From assembly GCA_964016885.1 (NCBI GenBank), contig OZ024743.1, positions 299,894,001 through 299,958,000 of the forward strand: 64,000 bases of DNA, in the 5' to 3' direction. The stretch comes from Eledone cirrhosa. Lineage: Eukaryota. The notes beneath the pieces were generated by a model, which was given only the letters and a program-made list of their open reading frames with translations, ran no database searches and had not been told where the DNA came from. The position numbers and the translations under genes are program-made. Positions 51,558-62,759 of this stretch are shown piece after piece (within the stretch, counting starts at the first letter, position 1; each line of letters starts with the position of its first letter).

Positions 51558-52110
51558 TTAAGACAGGGGGGAAGAAAAAATGGCTTCACTTGTGCTTTCA
51601 ACAAATTTATTTTCTTCACAAATCCCAAAAGAATTTTTCTTAAAAAAAATTATTTTATAAATTAAGTAGTCGGTTGTTGGTTAGGTCTTGGGAGTTCTTG
51701 GTTAACGAAGGAGGTATTGTTTAGTTTTTTGAAAGACCTTTCACGCTGAGGTGCGCTTGTCAAACTGATGTGTATGTGGTGTGTTGTTCTATATATAGGG
51801 ATTTAACATGTCTGTGGTGTGGTGGGGGTTTCTTTTCTCCCCATTTAATAAGTGCATGGGTGTAGGTGTGTTGAAAAAGTGTTCATAGCAGTAATGAGTT
51901 GAGACGGTCAGTAGGGTTGGGTGGGGAGAAATGTAGCAAGTGCGGCCTGCCCCGGTCATTCTCGAAAAATTCCTTTATTCAGGGGAAAAAGCTTTTAGTA
52001 TTGCTTTTGTGTTGAGAATGGTCACAGGCAAAATCGCACCTGTCAAGTTTGTGAATAATTATTTTTTTCTTTTTTTCCTGAAGAATTTTTCTACGTCCAT
52101 CCCAAAGTTA
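51558..52110 (-). mobile_element. Probable PLE 3' UTR/terminal repeat fragment
   Basis: Terminus shared with 34884-34972; hammerhead-like ttgacaa-gcgc..gcgt-gaaa on minus strand at ~51723-51766. Confidence 0.5.
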
Positions 52111-52111
52111 G

Positions 52112-52237
52112 TACAAATACATCCACATACATACACAAAAAACATATAGAGACACATATAAAAACACACATACACATACGTACACACACGAGTATGTACT
52201 CATACCTCCACATGGGTATATATATATACATATATAC

Positions 52238-52288
<51 letters not shown>

Positions 52289-52605
52289 CATATACACATA
52301 CACACACATATACACACACACATATATATATATACACACACACACATATATATATATATATACATATATACATACATACACATACATATACACACATAAA
52401 GATACATAACTAAATATACATATATACACATACACGCACACATACACACACACACACACTCGCACGTGTATACACACACACACACACGCACACACACATA
52501 TACATATGTCCGTATATATACCCCTCCGTTCACACATACATGCATACACACACACACATACATACATACATCTATATATATATATACATATAAAGAGAGA
52601 GGCAT

Positions 52606-52690
<85 letters not shown>

Positions 52691-52803
52691 CATACATATA
52701 CATATACATACATGTACACATAAACACATACAGACACATACACACATATACACATACATATACACATACATATATATCCATATACATATATATACACACA
52801 TAC

Positions 52804-52835
<32 letters not shown>

Positions 52836-52900
52836 ATACATACACATATACATACACATACAAGTACATACATACACACATACATGCATACACATACATG

Positions 52901-52956
<56 letters not shown>

Positions 52957-53262
52957 TACATACATATATATATACATATATATACACATACACACACATA
53001 CATACACACATACACATATACATATATATATATATGTGCGTACACACGAGCACATAAAGACACATATACACATACACACATATATACATATATATACATA
53101 TATATACACATACATCTACATACATACATACATATACACAAACAGAAACATACACATATGTACACACAAATATACATATATGCACATACATACACACACA
53201 CACATATATATATGTACATACACATACATACACACACACATAAACATACATATCTATCCATA

Positions 53263-53316
<54 letters not shown>

Positions 53317-53433
53317 TATACAAACATACACATACATACATGTACATATACACATATATACACACATACACACATACATACATATATATATATACATATA
53401 CACACACACATACAGACATACACACATCCATAC

Positions 53434-53474
<41 letters not shown>

Positions 53475-53580
53475 CACACACCCACATACATATATACCCA
53501 CACCCACATACATCCATACGTCCCTACACACATATATGTGTGTGTCCCACCGTTTACTCAGATATTCATGTGTATACATA
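52112..53580. repeat. ~1.5-kb complex (TA/CA/TACA) microsatellite
   Basis: Seen directly. Confidence 0.95.
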
Positions 53581-53714
53581 AGAAGAGGGGGGGGGGGTGT
53601 AGTGAAATGGAATTTTACCTCCGAGTGTTAATTCATTTTTTCGTGTTCAGTAGTGGTTTAAATTTTTCAATGAAGAATTCTTCTTTATATCTGCGGAAAT
53701 GTTCGTTATCCGAT

Positions 53715-53746
<32 letters not shown>

Positions 53747-53747
53747 T

Positions 53748-54062
53748 TAGAAAGTGAGGTTTTTTTTTTTACAAAATGAAAAGTAACCGAGGTGTCCTAC
53801 ACGAGTGAAAGTATCAAGAAAAAGAGATGAAATCGAAAATGCAACTGAAGTCTTATTTAAAAAAAAAATATATATATTTATTTGGTTCCTTTACCGGTTT
53901 CGCAGTTCTTCTGCTTTTCAAAAGGTGAGTTGAGATGGAGGGTCTGTGGTTTTTCTCACATCTGGTTGGTCTCTGAATATAACTTGTTTTATATGGAAAA
54001 AGTGGGTCGAAATTCCAGGTTTTTCGAGAAGTAATTTGATTGGTTTGTCAATAATTATAATA
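53748..54062 (-). repeat. 3' pseudo-LTR
   Basis: Near-identical to 58437-58752. Confidence 0.92.
53888..53925 (-). ncRNA. Minimal hammerhead ribozyme variant (U3:A8)
   Basis: cctt-TTGAAAA-gcag(aagaa)ctgc-GAAA-ccgg-TA-aagg. Confidence 0.75.
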
Positions 54063-54936
54063 CATTTCGCGCCAGTTCGCGTTACAATAGTTCTTCAAAT
54101 AAGAGCGGGGGGGGGGGGGGGGGTTGTCACAGGTTGTTTTTTCATATATGAATGTTTGCATTTCTTTTTATTGAAAAAAGGAGGCTCACGAAGGCTTTTT
54201 TTTGGTTGGTTATAAATGAAATCTGGCTGTCACGTGAACAAGTTTTTATTACATTTTTGCGCCCTTATTTGGAAAACTATTCTGTAGTCTTTATAGTGAA
54301 TGTTATGACAATGGAGAGATAGTGGTCAAGAGAAAAGGGATTGGGAGAAATGTTCTGGTTCAGTGAATATGGCCAGCTCGCCGGGGTGTCAGAGTTCAGA
54401 TTTTCTATTGAGACTGAAGATATGTATGTTTATTTGTGTGCTTGTGTGTGTGTATGTGTGTATTGGAAGATGATTCTATTAGTAGAGATGGGGGAGGGAG
54501 TTGTATGTGTGTGTATATGGGTGTTATGTGTGTGTGTGTGCGAGTATGTTAAGATGGAGAGAATATATATTTTGTGTGTGTGTATATATATATGTGTGTA
54601 GGAAAGTGGTTCTATTAGTAGAAATGTGGAGGGAGTTGTAGGTGTGGGGTTGTTATGTGTGTGTATGGGTGTTATGTGTGTGGGAGTATGGTTAGCATGT
54701 TAAGATGAAGAGAATATATATATATATATATATATTGTGTGTGTGTAGGAAAGTGATTCCTTTAGTAGGAATATTTTTGAATGAACATATTTTCCTGACT
54801 TTTTCGTGTTTGCTGTTGTATTGCCAGTGCAAAAGTATGTTAAGGTTTATTTAGTTCGGGTTTTTATTTTCTAAAGTAGAAGGTGTTATGTGTGTGTGTG
54901 TGTGTATGTCATATTGTGGTGTTGACATACTGTATA

Positions 54937-57243
54937 TTAAACCTTATTTAATGTTGGTCTATATTTTTGAATAAACATATTTTCCTTATTTATTCGAATT
55001 TGTTCTGTTGTATTGTTAGCGCAAAGGTAAAATGGGAAGACTTGGAATTTGGGTGTCTTATTACTTGCGCAAATGTCTAGATGTGCACTTAGTGGTATCT
55101 GTCTCGTGGTTGGATCTCGTAATTGTTGGCGATGAACTGTCATTCTGTTTCTGAGTGTGAGTTTAGTTTGTCATATATAATCTTCATTGCATCCTTTACA
55201 TTTAATGGCATAAACTAGATTTTTTGATGAGCAAGTGAAGTGATTTTTTACAGTAAAATGTTGTCCTCATTTAAATGTATACGTGTTGCCTTCAATGAGG
55301 TGAGTGCAGGTTCCACAATTAGAGCGACCACATTTTTTGATACTTGGTTGTGGGTTTGTGGTAGGTAATTTGTCATTGGTGAGTAATGTTTTCAGTGATT
55401 TTGGTTGTCTTTTGCTTTTGATTATTTTGTGTGTTTCAAGGGCTTTTTTCATTCTTGGGTTTTGTTTTAGTAGTGGGATGTTATTGTGAATAGTGTTGTA
55501 AGCTTCCGCATTTCTTGGGTTGTGTGTTGAGATATATGATAGAATATTGGACGTACCTTGAATTTGTTGCTGTTTCCGTAATTCATCAATGCCTATTGCT
55601 TTAGCCCTTTCTATTCCATTATTTATTAGTAATAGTGGGTACTCTCTCTCAAGTAGAATTTCCTTTAATTCTTGAAGTCTTTTATTTAGCGTTTCATAAT
55701 TGGAGACAATTGTGCACATTCTTCTTGCTAGGTTAAAAGGAATGTTCGTCTTCGTGTGCTTTGGATGGTTGGAGGTGAATAGCAGATATTGTTTGGAATC
55801 TGTTGGTTTGTAGTGTATGTCAGTTTCGATATTTGTGTCTTTTTTTGTGATTAAGATGTCCAGAAATGGGAGTTGATCTTGGCTGTATTCCATTGTGAAT
55901 TGGATGTGGTTATTGATGCCGTTTATTAAGTTTTTGAAATCCTTCAGTTGGTCGAGTGTGTGGGACCAAAGAATGAGGCAATCATCCAAGTAGCGTTTCC
56001 AATTCACTGGTAAATATTTGTGGAAGTTCAATCCGTATTTTGATTTGGACTGTTCATATATCTGGACTTCTAAGTATGCCATGACTAAGTTGGCATAAGT
56101 CGGAGCGGCTTTTGTGCCCATCGCAGTCCCCGATATTTGCTTGTAAGTATTGCCATCGAAATCAAAAAAGTTGTTCTGTAGGATGAATTTTAATCCCTCG
56201 GTGATGAAGCTTTTTTCTATTCTGTCAGGTATCTCATTGGGATATTTCTCTAGCCAGAATCCTATTGCTTCTAGTCCGTATTGGTGTGGGATCGTTGTGT
56301 AGAGATTCACTACATCGAAAGACACAATAATAGTGTCGTTGTTGACATGTTTGGGGAGGTGGTTTAAGAGGTCCAGATCGTCTCTTACAAGGCTTGGTAT
56401 GTGTTTCAGTATTGGTTTCAGTAGTATGTCTATAAAGTTGCTCAATCTGTGTGTTTCACATTGTGGGCCCGCTACAATTGGTCTTAATTTAAGGTCTGTG
56501 GGGTATTGTGTGTTCACGCAGGCTGAGGTGGATTGTTTACAGGCATCGTTGATTATTTTACATTTGTGGATCTTCGGAAGTCCGTAAAGGTTGCTGGTTT
56601 TGTATTCAAAATTTGTTAAATAATCGCGTTCCTTTTTAGTTAGGTCTTCCTGGTATCGATAAATCAGTGTGTTTAATTTGGTCATTATTTTTGATTGCTG
56701 GTAGTTTTTTACTCTTTCATAGCAATTAGTATTTTGTAAGAGAGAGAACATAGCATTTTTATATTTTTCAGCCTCCATAATGACAACAGTACTTCCCTTG
56801 TCCGCTTCCTTAATTACAATGTCCGTATTGTTTTTTAGTTCATGGATAATCTCCCATTCCCTTCGAATTGTGTTGGTTTTGGGTTTAGGTTGCGGTAGTT
56901 CATGGTATGGGAAGGTAGCTATGTGGTCACAAAATTTGTCCAGAACTCTGTTTCTACCTTTTGTTGGGTTGTAGCTGCTTTTATTCCGTACAATTGATTC
57001 GTCGTTATTCTCCTTGTCAAAGAATTCCTCTGTGAGACGTAAGTTTCTACAGAAGTGTGAGATATCGTCATTTATCTCGTTGGGGTTAGGGTATTGTGGT
57101 GTTGGTGTGAATTTCAGACCTTTGGAGAGAATTTTTACTTGTTGGGCTGAGAGGTTTGTATTTGAAATGTTAATTATTTTCGGTTTTTCAAAATCGGTTT
57201 GTGCCACCGGGTGTCGTGGGTCCTGTAGCCTTGGTCTAAAAAA
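54937..57243 (-). pseudogene. PLE reverse transcriptase + GIY-YIG endonuclease (two in-frame TGA)
   Basis: LSKGLKFTPTP, ADKG, YGLPKIHK, LRPIV, FDVVNLYTTI, QISGTAMG, RYLDD, PFLD, HYKPT, HP; frame continues CSSKNLVY..C..C..YI*QT..R..H to TAA at 54937. Confidence 0.93.
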
Positions 57244-58408
57244 TGATTTTTCTGGAATGTTTTTTCATTGGTATTATTATATGTAATGGTATTTCCCCTG
57301 TTGTTGTGTGGTCTTGTATAGAAGTTTCCCTGTTGTTGTGTGGTCTTGTATAGAAGTTTCGGACGTATTGAGGTTCGGTTTGTTGATAGTCCGGGTTGTA
57401 GATTTGGTTCCTTTGTGTGGGTTGGGATCTAGGGTTTTGGAACAGACTCTGTGTGGGCAGGGGTCTACGGTTTTGGAATAGGTTTTGTGTGGGTTGTGAT
57501 CTGCGGATCAGGTCCTGCCTTGTGTTCGGGGATCTTTGGTTTTTGTTAGTAGGGTTATAGTTGTATCTATGGTTTCTGGGATTATCGTTATAGTTTTGCT
57601 GGGGGTATGTTGGACGTTTTGTTACTTTTTTTGTTATTTGTTGTGCATGTGGTGTGTGAGTTTTAGTTTGTTTTAAAAATGGGTTACCTGTATGTTGTTC
57701 ATTTTTGAAGTCCATTTCGTAGTTGTTGAACCAGGTGGCGTTTTTTTCCCATCGCTGGAGGGATGTTAGTTCTTCATCCTCACAGTTTTCTTTCCAAAGT
57801 TTTAGGGTTTTATTGTAGAGTAGGCCTTCAGAGTTCTTTGAGATTTCTGTGTCCATCTGTTGGTCGAGTGACTTGAATTTTTCTTCGTTGGAGTTGGCTC
57901 TTAGTCGCAACAGTTCTATTTCTGTTTTACATTTTTCCAATGCCATCTTTTCCCTAAGTCTTTGTTGGTTTTCTGGTTCATTCGGGATGGGTTTTATTTG
58001 GAGTTTTTTGGGGAGGATGATTGGCGTAGAGTTTAGCCACTTTTCATATATGTCTGCCTTGCCATTATTTTTTAGGAGATTCCAAAGGGCGAATTTGCGG
58101 GCTGTGAGCTTTTGAGTCCATATGTTGATTACGGTGTTTTTCACTGAGTGGACATCTCGTAGATTGGGTTCTAACGGTTGTTCAAGCTTTTGGAGCATTG
58201 CTGTTTCAATGGTTTCGATTAGCTTAGTTAATACTGGAGTAATATTCGTCTCTTGGGTATTTTCTGTTTCTTCGTGGGGTCCTTTTTTATAGATGTGTAT
58301 TTGGTCCACTTTGTTGGTCAAAATTGAGAGTTTAGAGGAAATCTCTTTGAGTTCATTTAAAATGTCCTGGTTCAGTGAGTTGTTGTTTTGTTGAGACTTT
58401 GGTGGCAT
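57236..58408 (-). CDS. PLE ORF1 (helical/coiled-coil-like N-terminus, Q/N/R/P-rich C-terminus); end shifted by a 32-bp duplication
   Basis: ATG 29 nt downstream of the 5' pLTR; 390 aa open; heptad-like Leu/Ile spacing. Confidence 0.8.
   Translation of the reverse strand: MPPKSQQNNNSLNQDILNELKEISSKLSILTNKVDQIHIYKKGPHEETENTQETNITPVLTKLIETIETAMLQKLEQPLEPNLRDVHSVKNTVINIWTQKLTARKFALWNLLKNNGKADIYEKWLNSTPIILPKKLQIKPIPNEPENQQRLREKMALEKCKTEIELLRLRANSNEEKFKSLDQQMDTEISKNSEGLLYNKTLKLWKENCEDEELTSLQRWEKNATWFNNYEMDFKNEQHTGNPFLKQTKTHTPHAQQITKKVTKRPTYPQQNYNDNPRNHRYNYNPTNKNQRSPNTRQDLIRRSQPTQNLFQNRRPLPTQSLFQNPRSQPTQRNQIYNPDYQQTEPQYVRNFYTRPHNNRETSIQDHTTTGEIPLHIIIPMKKHSRKIIF
57237..57243 (-). promoter_or_regulatory. 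Putative -1 ribosomal frameshift slippery site U_UUU_UUA
   Basis: cat ttt tta; the -1 frame is the RT frame, which has a stop just upstream and no nearby ATG. Confidence 0.7.
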
Positions 58409-58436
58409 TTTCGGTCTTCGTGTGGTGGGTATATAT

Positions 58437-58752
58437 TAGAAAGTGAGGTTTTTTTTTTACAAAATGAAAAATAACCGAGGTGTCCTACACGAGTGAAAGT
58501 ATAAAGAAAAAGAGATGAAATCGAAAATGCAACTGAAGTCTTATTTTTTAAAAAAATATATATATTTATTTGGTTCCTTTACCGGTTTCACAGTTCTTTT
58601 GCTTTTCAAAAGGTGAGTTGAGATGGAGGGTCTGTGGTTTTTCTCACATCTGGTTGGTCTCTGAATGTTACTTGTTTTATATGGAAAAAGTGGGTCGAAA
58701 TTCCAGGTTTTTCGAGAAGTAATTTGATTGGTTTGTCAATAATTATAATAAA
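58437..58752 (-). repeat. 5' pseudo-LTR (contains hammerhead copy at 58576-58613)
   Basis: Direct repeat of 53748-54062. Confidence 0.92.
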
Positions 58753-59372
58753 TTTCATATATCTGTATATATATAAAGATGAAGTTTTCTCTGTGTGTGT
58801 GTGTGTGTGGACAGTTTTTAATGAGAGCTCATATATTCTAAACGATTCATGCGATTTCTTTGACATTTTTTACACAGCTTCTCCTTGCACAAAACCTGTA
58901 CATGATCTATCACAGCTTTCAAAAATTGATATTGGACCCTTTGGAGACATTAAAAAATGTTCTGTTATTTGTATCAATTTTCTGCATTAAGTAAGACAAG
59001 AGTTATCTTTCGTCAATATTTCCTGATTAAGTAAGACTTTCGTCATCTTTAGTCAATACAATAGGATCTCATTTTTGATGTTATCAACAATTTTGTTTTG
59101 GGATTTTCTTTATTACAATTCGACTCATTCGGATTTTAGTTCACTATTTGTACTTGAAACAAACAATTTATACCTCGACTGGGTTTCTGTTGTTACAGGG
59201 ATAACGGATGACACCGAGCTCACATATTAAATATTTCGCTGGAATAGTGCCTAAGGTTTTCCTGTTTACATAAAGTACGTTTTTCTTCTATGTATTCAAA
59301 TTTACGTTGTTTAGTTTAACGAGCTAGATCGAAAGCTACTTGAACCGTCCAAAGGAGGTATACGGTAAATAG

Positions 59373-59456
<84 letters not shown>

Positions 59457-59462
<6 letters not shown>

Positions 59463-59569
59463 GAAATGACAGGAGGCTGGATTTGATAAATCCTTGAAAG
59501 GTTTATTATTTAAGTATAATAAACCTTTCAAGGATTTACACAAATCCAACGACGTGTCATTTCATTATA
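59457..59569. repeat. ~110-bp palindrome abutting (TA)n
   Basis: tataatgaaatgaca..taaatccttgaaaggtttatta / taataaacctttcaaggattta..tgtcatttcattata. Confidence 0.85.
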
Positions 59570-59711
59570 ATATTTAACTCCGTAATAGCATCACCAACTA
59601 CAAAAACAAAGACGGTTCAATTGCTTTACGTTGAGTACTCTCTATATTATTACATTACGATTGACCATACGGAATAGACCAGCTCTATACAGTGGTGAAC
59701 CTCAAACCTGA

Positions 59712-59767
<56 letters not shown>

Positions 59768-59771
<4 letters not shown>

Positions 59772-59951
59772 ATGTATGACCCCGACGGCAGAGCTGAAGC
59801 CGTTTCGACGGCTATTTCTGGACAGCAATAGCTGTCGAAACGGCTTGAGCTCTGCCGTCGGGGTCATTTTCCTATTACCCACTCTACCATCCCAAGTGTT
59901 GAGTACTCTGGTGCGTTGTTGTCAATCTGGTTCCTTACCACAACTCCTTCG

Positions 59952-59955
<4 letters not shown>
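59768..59955. mobile_element. Miniature inverted PLE-end element (hairpin plus tail)
   Basis: Arms gaccccgacggcagagct..gccgtttcgac / gtcgaaacggc..agctctgccgtcggggtc; tail is the inverse of 36014-36095; (TA)n on both sides. Confidence 0.8.
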
Positions 59956-60001
<46 letters not shown>

Positions 60002-60034
60002 GTATGTATATATGTTTATATGTATATATATATA

Positions 60035-60067
<33 letters not shown>

Positions 60068-60072
<5 letters not shown>

Positions 60073-61334
60073 TTAATACAATAACAGAGATAGTTTAAAG
60101 CTAATCTCTGACTGGTAACCATCTCACTCAACAAACATTAGGTTATATTTTAATATAAACCCAATTTAAGTGTTTGGGGTGCTAACAATATGTATTATGT
60201 GGAATAGCCAGTTGTATTATTTTATGAGATATAATTAAAGTTAAAATATATCTCTCTTTCCAAACAATTGTTTCATTATAAGTTTTCTACAAATTCGGAG
60301 AATATTTCCAGTTTATGTAGAAGCCTAATATACATTCATGTAAGAATATATTTAGGTGGGCGCTTATAAATTATCAGTGGAAGCCCATTAAACCTTGATA
60401 TAAGAAAAACATTTCTTACCACAGTTAAAAATCGTATCTGTTAAGTTGCTCCCTCCCGCATCGAATGACCGGCAAATTTGAAATTCCAGCAGTTTTTGAC
60501 TGAGGAAGTATTATAGCGTCACTAAGCGGGAAGGGGAGACAACTACGATCCACGAAAGGAGGAAAAAAATAATATGCACGCGGGTTAATCAGTTTATACG
60601 AAAACATTATCAATCCAACGTGTTAAGAACTCAATTGAAATTAAAAGAATAAATATATGCGTGTATATATTACACACGCATATAGATATTTTCTTAGGCT
60701 AAAATCAGAGGTTATACCTGAATAAGAAACCGCATCTCGTAACCGTAGTAAATACGGAAAGTTATGCTTTAAAGGGCAAATGGGAATGTAAATCTCCGGC
60801 CGAATTAAGAGTAAAATATAAAACACACGCGGGTTAATTAGTTATTTCAAAACTAATATCAATTCCTCGTGTAAAGAACTCAATTAATTTAAAAGAATAA
60901 ATGTATGCATGTAATTATATACATAAGCATATATATATTTTCTTGGGCTAAAAAACAGAGAAGTTACAACCAATAAAAACCACAATATTGCACAACAGTA
61001 ATAAATACGGAAAGTCAAATTTATAAGGTACCTGGAAATAAACAGCTCTGGCTAATCAAGAGTAAAATATTAATACAATAACAGAGATAGTTTAAAGCTA
61101 ATCTCTGACTGGTAACCATCTCACTCAACAAACATTAGGTTATATTTTAATATAAACCCAATTTAAGTGTTTGGGGTGCTAACAATATGTATTATGTGGA
61201 AAAAGCCAGTTGTATTATTTTATGAGATATAATTAAAGTTAAAATATATTTCTCTTTCCAAACAATTGTTTCATTATAAGTTTTCTACAAATTCGGAGAA
61301 TATTTCCAGTTTATGTAGAAGCCTAATATACATT
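60068..61334. mobile_element. Non-coding element with ~268-bp direct terminal repeats in (TA)n
   Basis: 60068-60336 is near-identical to 61066-61334; internal ~250-bp diverged tandem pair; no recognisable ORF. Confidence 0.7.
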
Positions 61335-62019
61335 ATATATATATATATATATATACGATATATAATCCTCTGAAATGCATAAATGTAATCTCTTAAAATT
61401 TGCTTTGTACAAATCAGATAATTGAAGCGGTTTATAATTCATTCTACCCATAGATAGACTTCAAATTAAAATCAACCGTAGATCTAACTGCGATACATTC
61501 ACTTGACATAATTTGAAAATGTTTGGAGAGAAAGGAAAACTGGAATATTTTGAAACTATACTAGACATTTTTAAATTAAAAACGGTTTCAAGGATTTTGA
61601 CAGAAATTAAATTATTTACAGTATTATATATGCAATTTACTTTAGAGCTTAATTTCACATTTCATTCATGCAATTTAGTACTAACTATGGAGTACAGAAT
61701 TTGAGGAATTGTAGTAACTGTAAGTTCAAATCCTCCACCTTCTACCAAGAGTTACAACTGGCTCATATATTCAGCAATAGCATTTTCTAGATAGCATCTA
61801 AAGGGCCACTCCTTTCATTTTGTTTTCCTTCATTAAAATATTTCATTTAACACGGCATTTTATAGGATTTGATTTACTGCACTAAGTTAGGTTTTACAGT
61901 GAGTATGAAATTATATAAGTATATGTGTATATTTGCACTTGTGAGTGAATGCACAAAAACACACAGGCGCACACAGACACAAACTCATACTCATACAGAT
62001 ACATACACACGCATATATA

Positions 62020-62083
<64 letters not shown>

Positions 62084-62207
62084 TTATTATTATTACAAAC
62101 ATATGCATATATGTGTGTGTTATAAAGATTTTCGCCCTCAATCCTTAGAATGTCTATACTCTAATTTTCTAAATTATGGAGATGCAATTAGAATAACTAA
62201 TCATGAC

Positions 62208-62401
62208 TAATAATTGTTTCTACTTTTGTCACAATGCCAGCAATTACCCAATGTACTACTGGTACTTTATTTTATCGACCCTGTATGGATGAAAGGCAAA
62301 GTTAACCGCGGCGGGATTTGAACTCAGACCATAAATTCCCGAAACCTCTTTGCTGCAAAGCATGGCGTCCGACCCTCTACCGATACGGGCAATCCACCAC
62401 C
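62208..62401 (-). mobile_element. Full-length SINE
   Basis: Reverse complement of the 33939-34130 family. Confidence 0.85.
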
Positions 62402-62409
62402 GTCTTGAC

Positions 62410-62486
62410 TAATAATTGTTTCTACTTTTGGCACAAGAACAGCAATTACCTCAGTGTATTACTAGTATTTTATTTTATCGACCCCG
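62410..62486 (-). mobile_element. 5'-truncated SINE
   Basis: Tail and half of the core; flanked by gtcttgactaataat repeats. Confidence 0.75.
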
Positions 62487-62548
62487 TCTTGACTAATAAT
62501 ATCACACAAATAGACACACACGCGCTCGCATACGCACACATACACATT

Positions 62549-62579
<31 letters not shown>

Positions 62580-62759
62580 CCCCCCACACACGCGCGCACT
62601 ATCTCTCTCTCTCACACACACACATATATATATCTACGTTATGGAAGACAGTTTGCTGCATTAGAGAGTGACATGTAGGCAAGACTAATATTCAAAAATA
62701 CGTTAATGTTTTGGAATTATGGCGCCACTAACGCTTCGGTTGACTGTGTATTTGGTGGT

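Larger units (their letters stand above)
53748..58752 (-). mobile_element. Near full-length GIY-YIG Penelope-like element with direct pseudo-LTRs
   Basis: ~315-bp direct repeats at 53748-54062 and 58437-58752; ORF1 plus RT-EN ORF; 3' end abuts (TA)n. Confidence 0.95.

Noticed and set aside
52091-53750. Long YI/CV/HT-rich ORFs (up to 480 aa), also at 658-1023, 46126-46654 and elsewhere
   Set aside because: Translations of TA/CA microsatellites that lack stop codons; not genes.
53748-58752. LTR retrotransposon interpretation of the direct repeats
   Set aside because: No TG..CA ends, protease or integrase. The RT motifs, GIY-YIG domain and hammerhead indicate a Penelope-like element.
58760-59200. 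Possible host exon (ORF 58634-58990)
   Set aside because: No recognisable domain or convincing splice context, and the ORF begins inside the pLTR.
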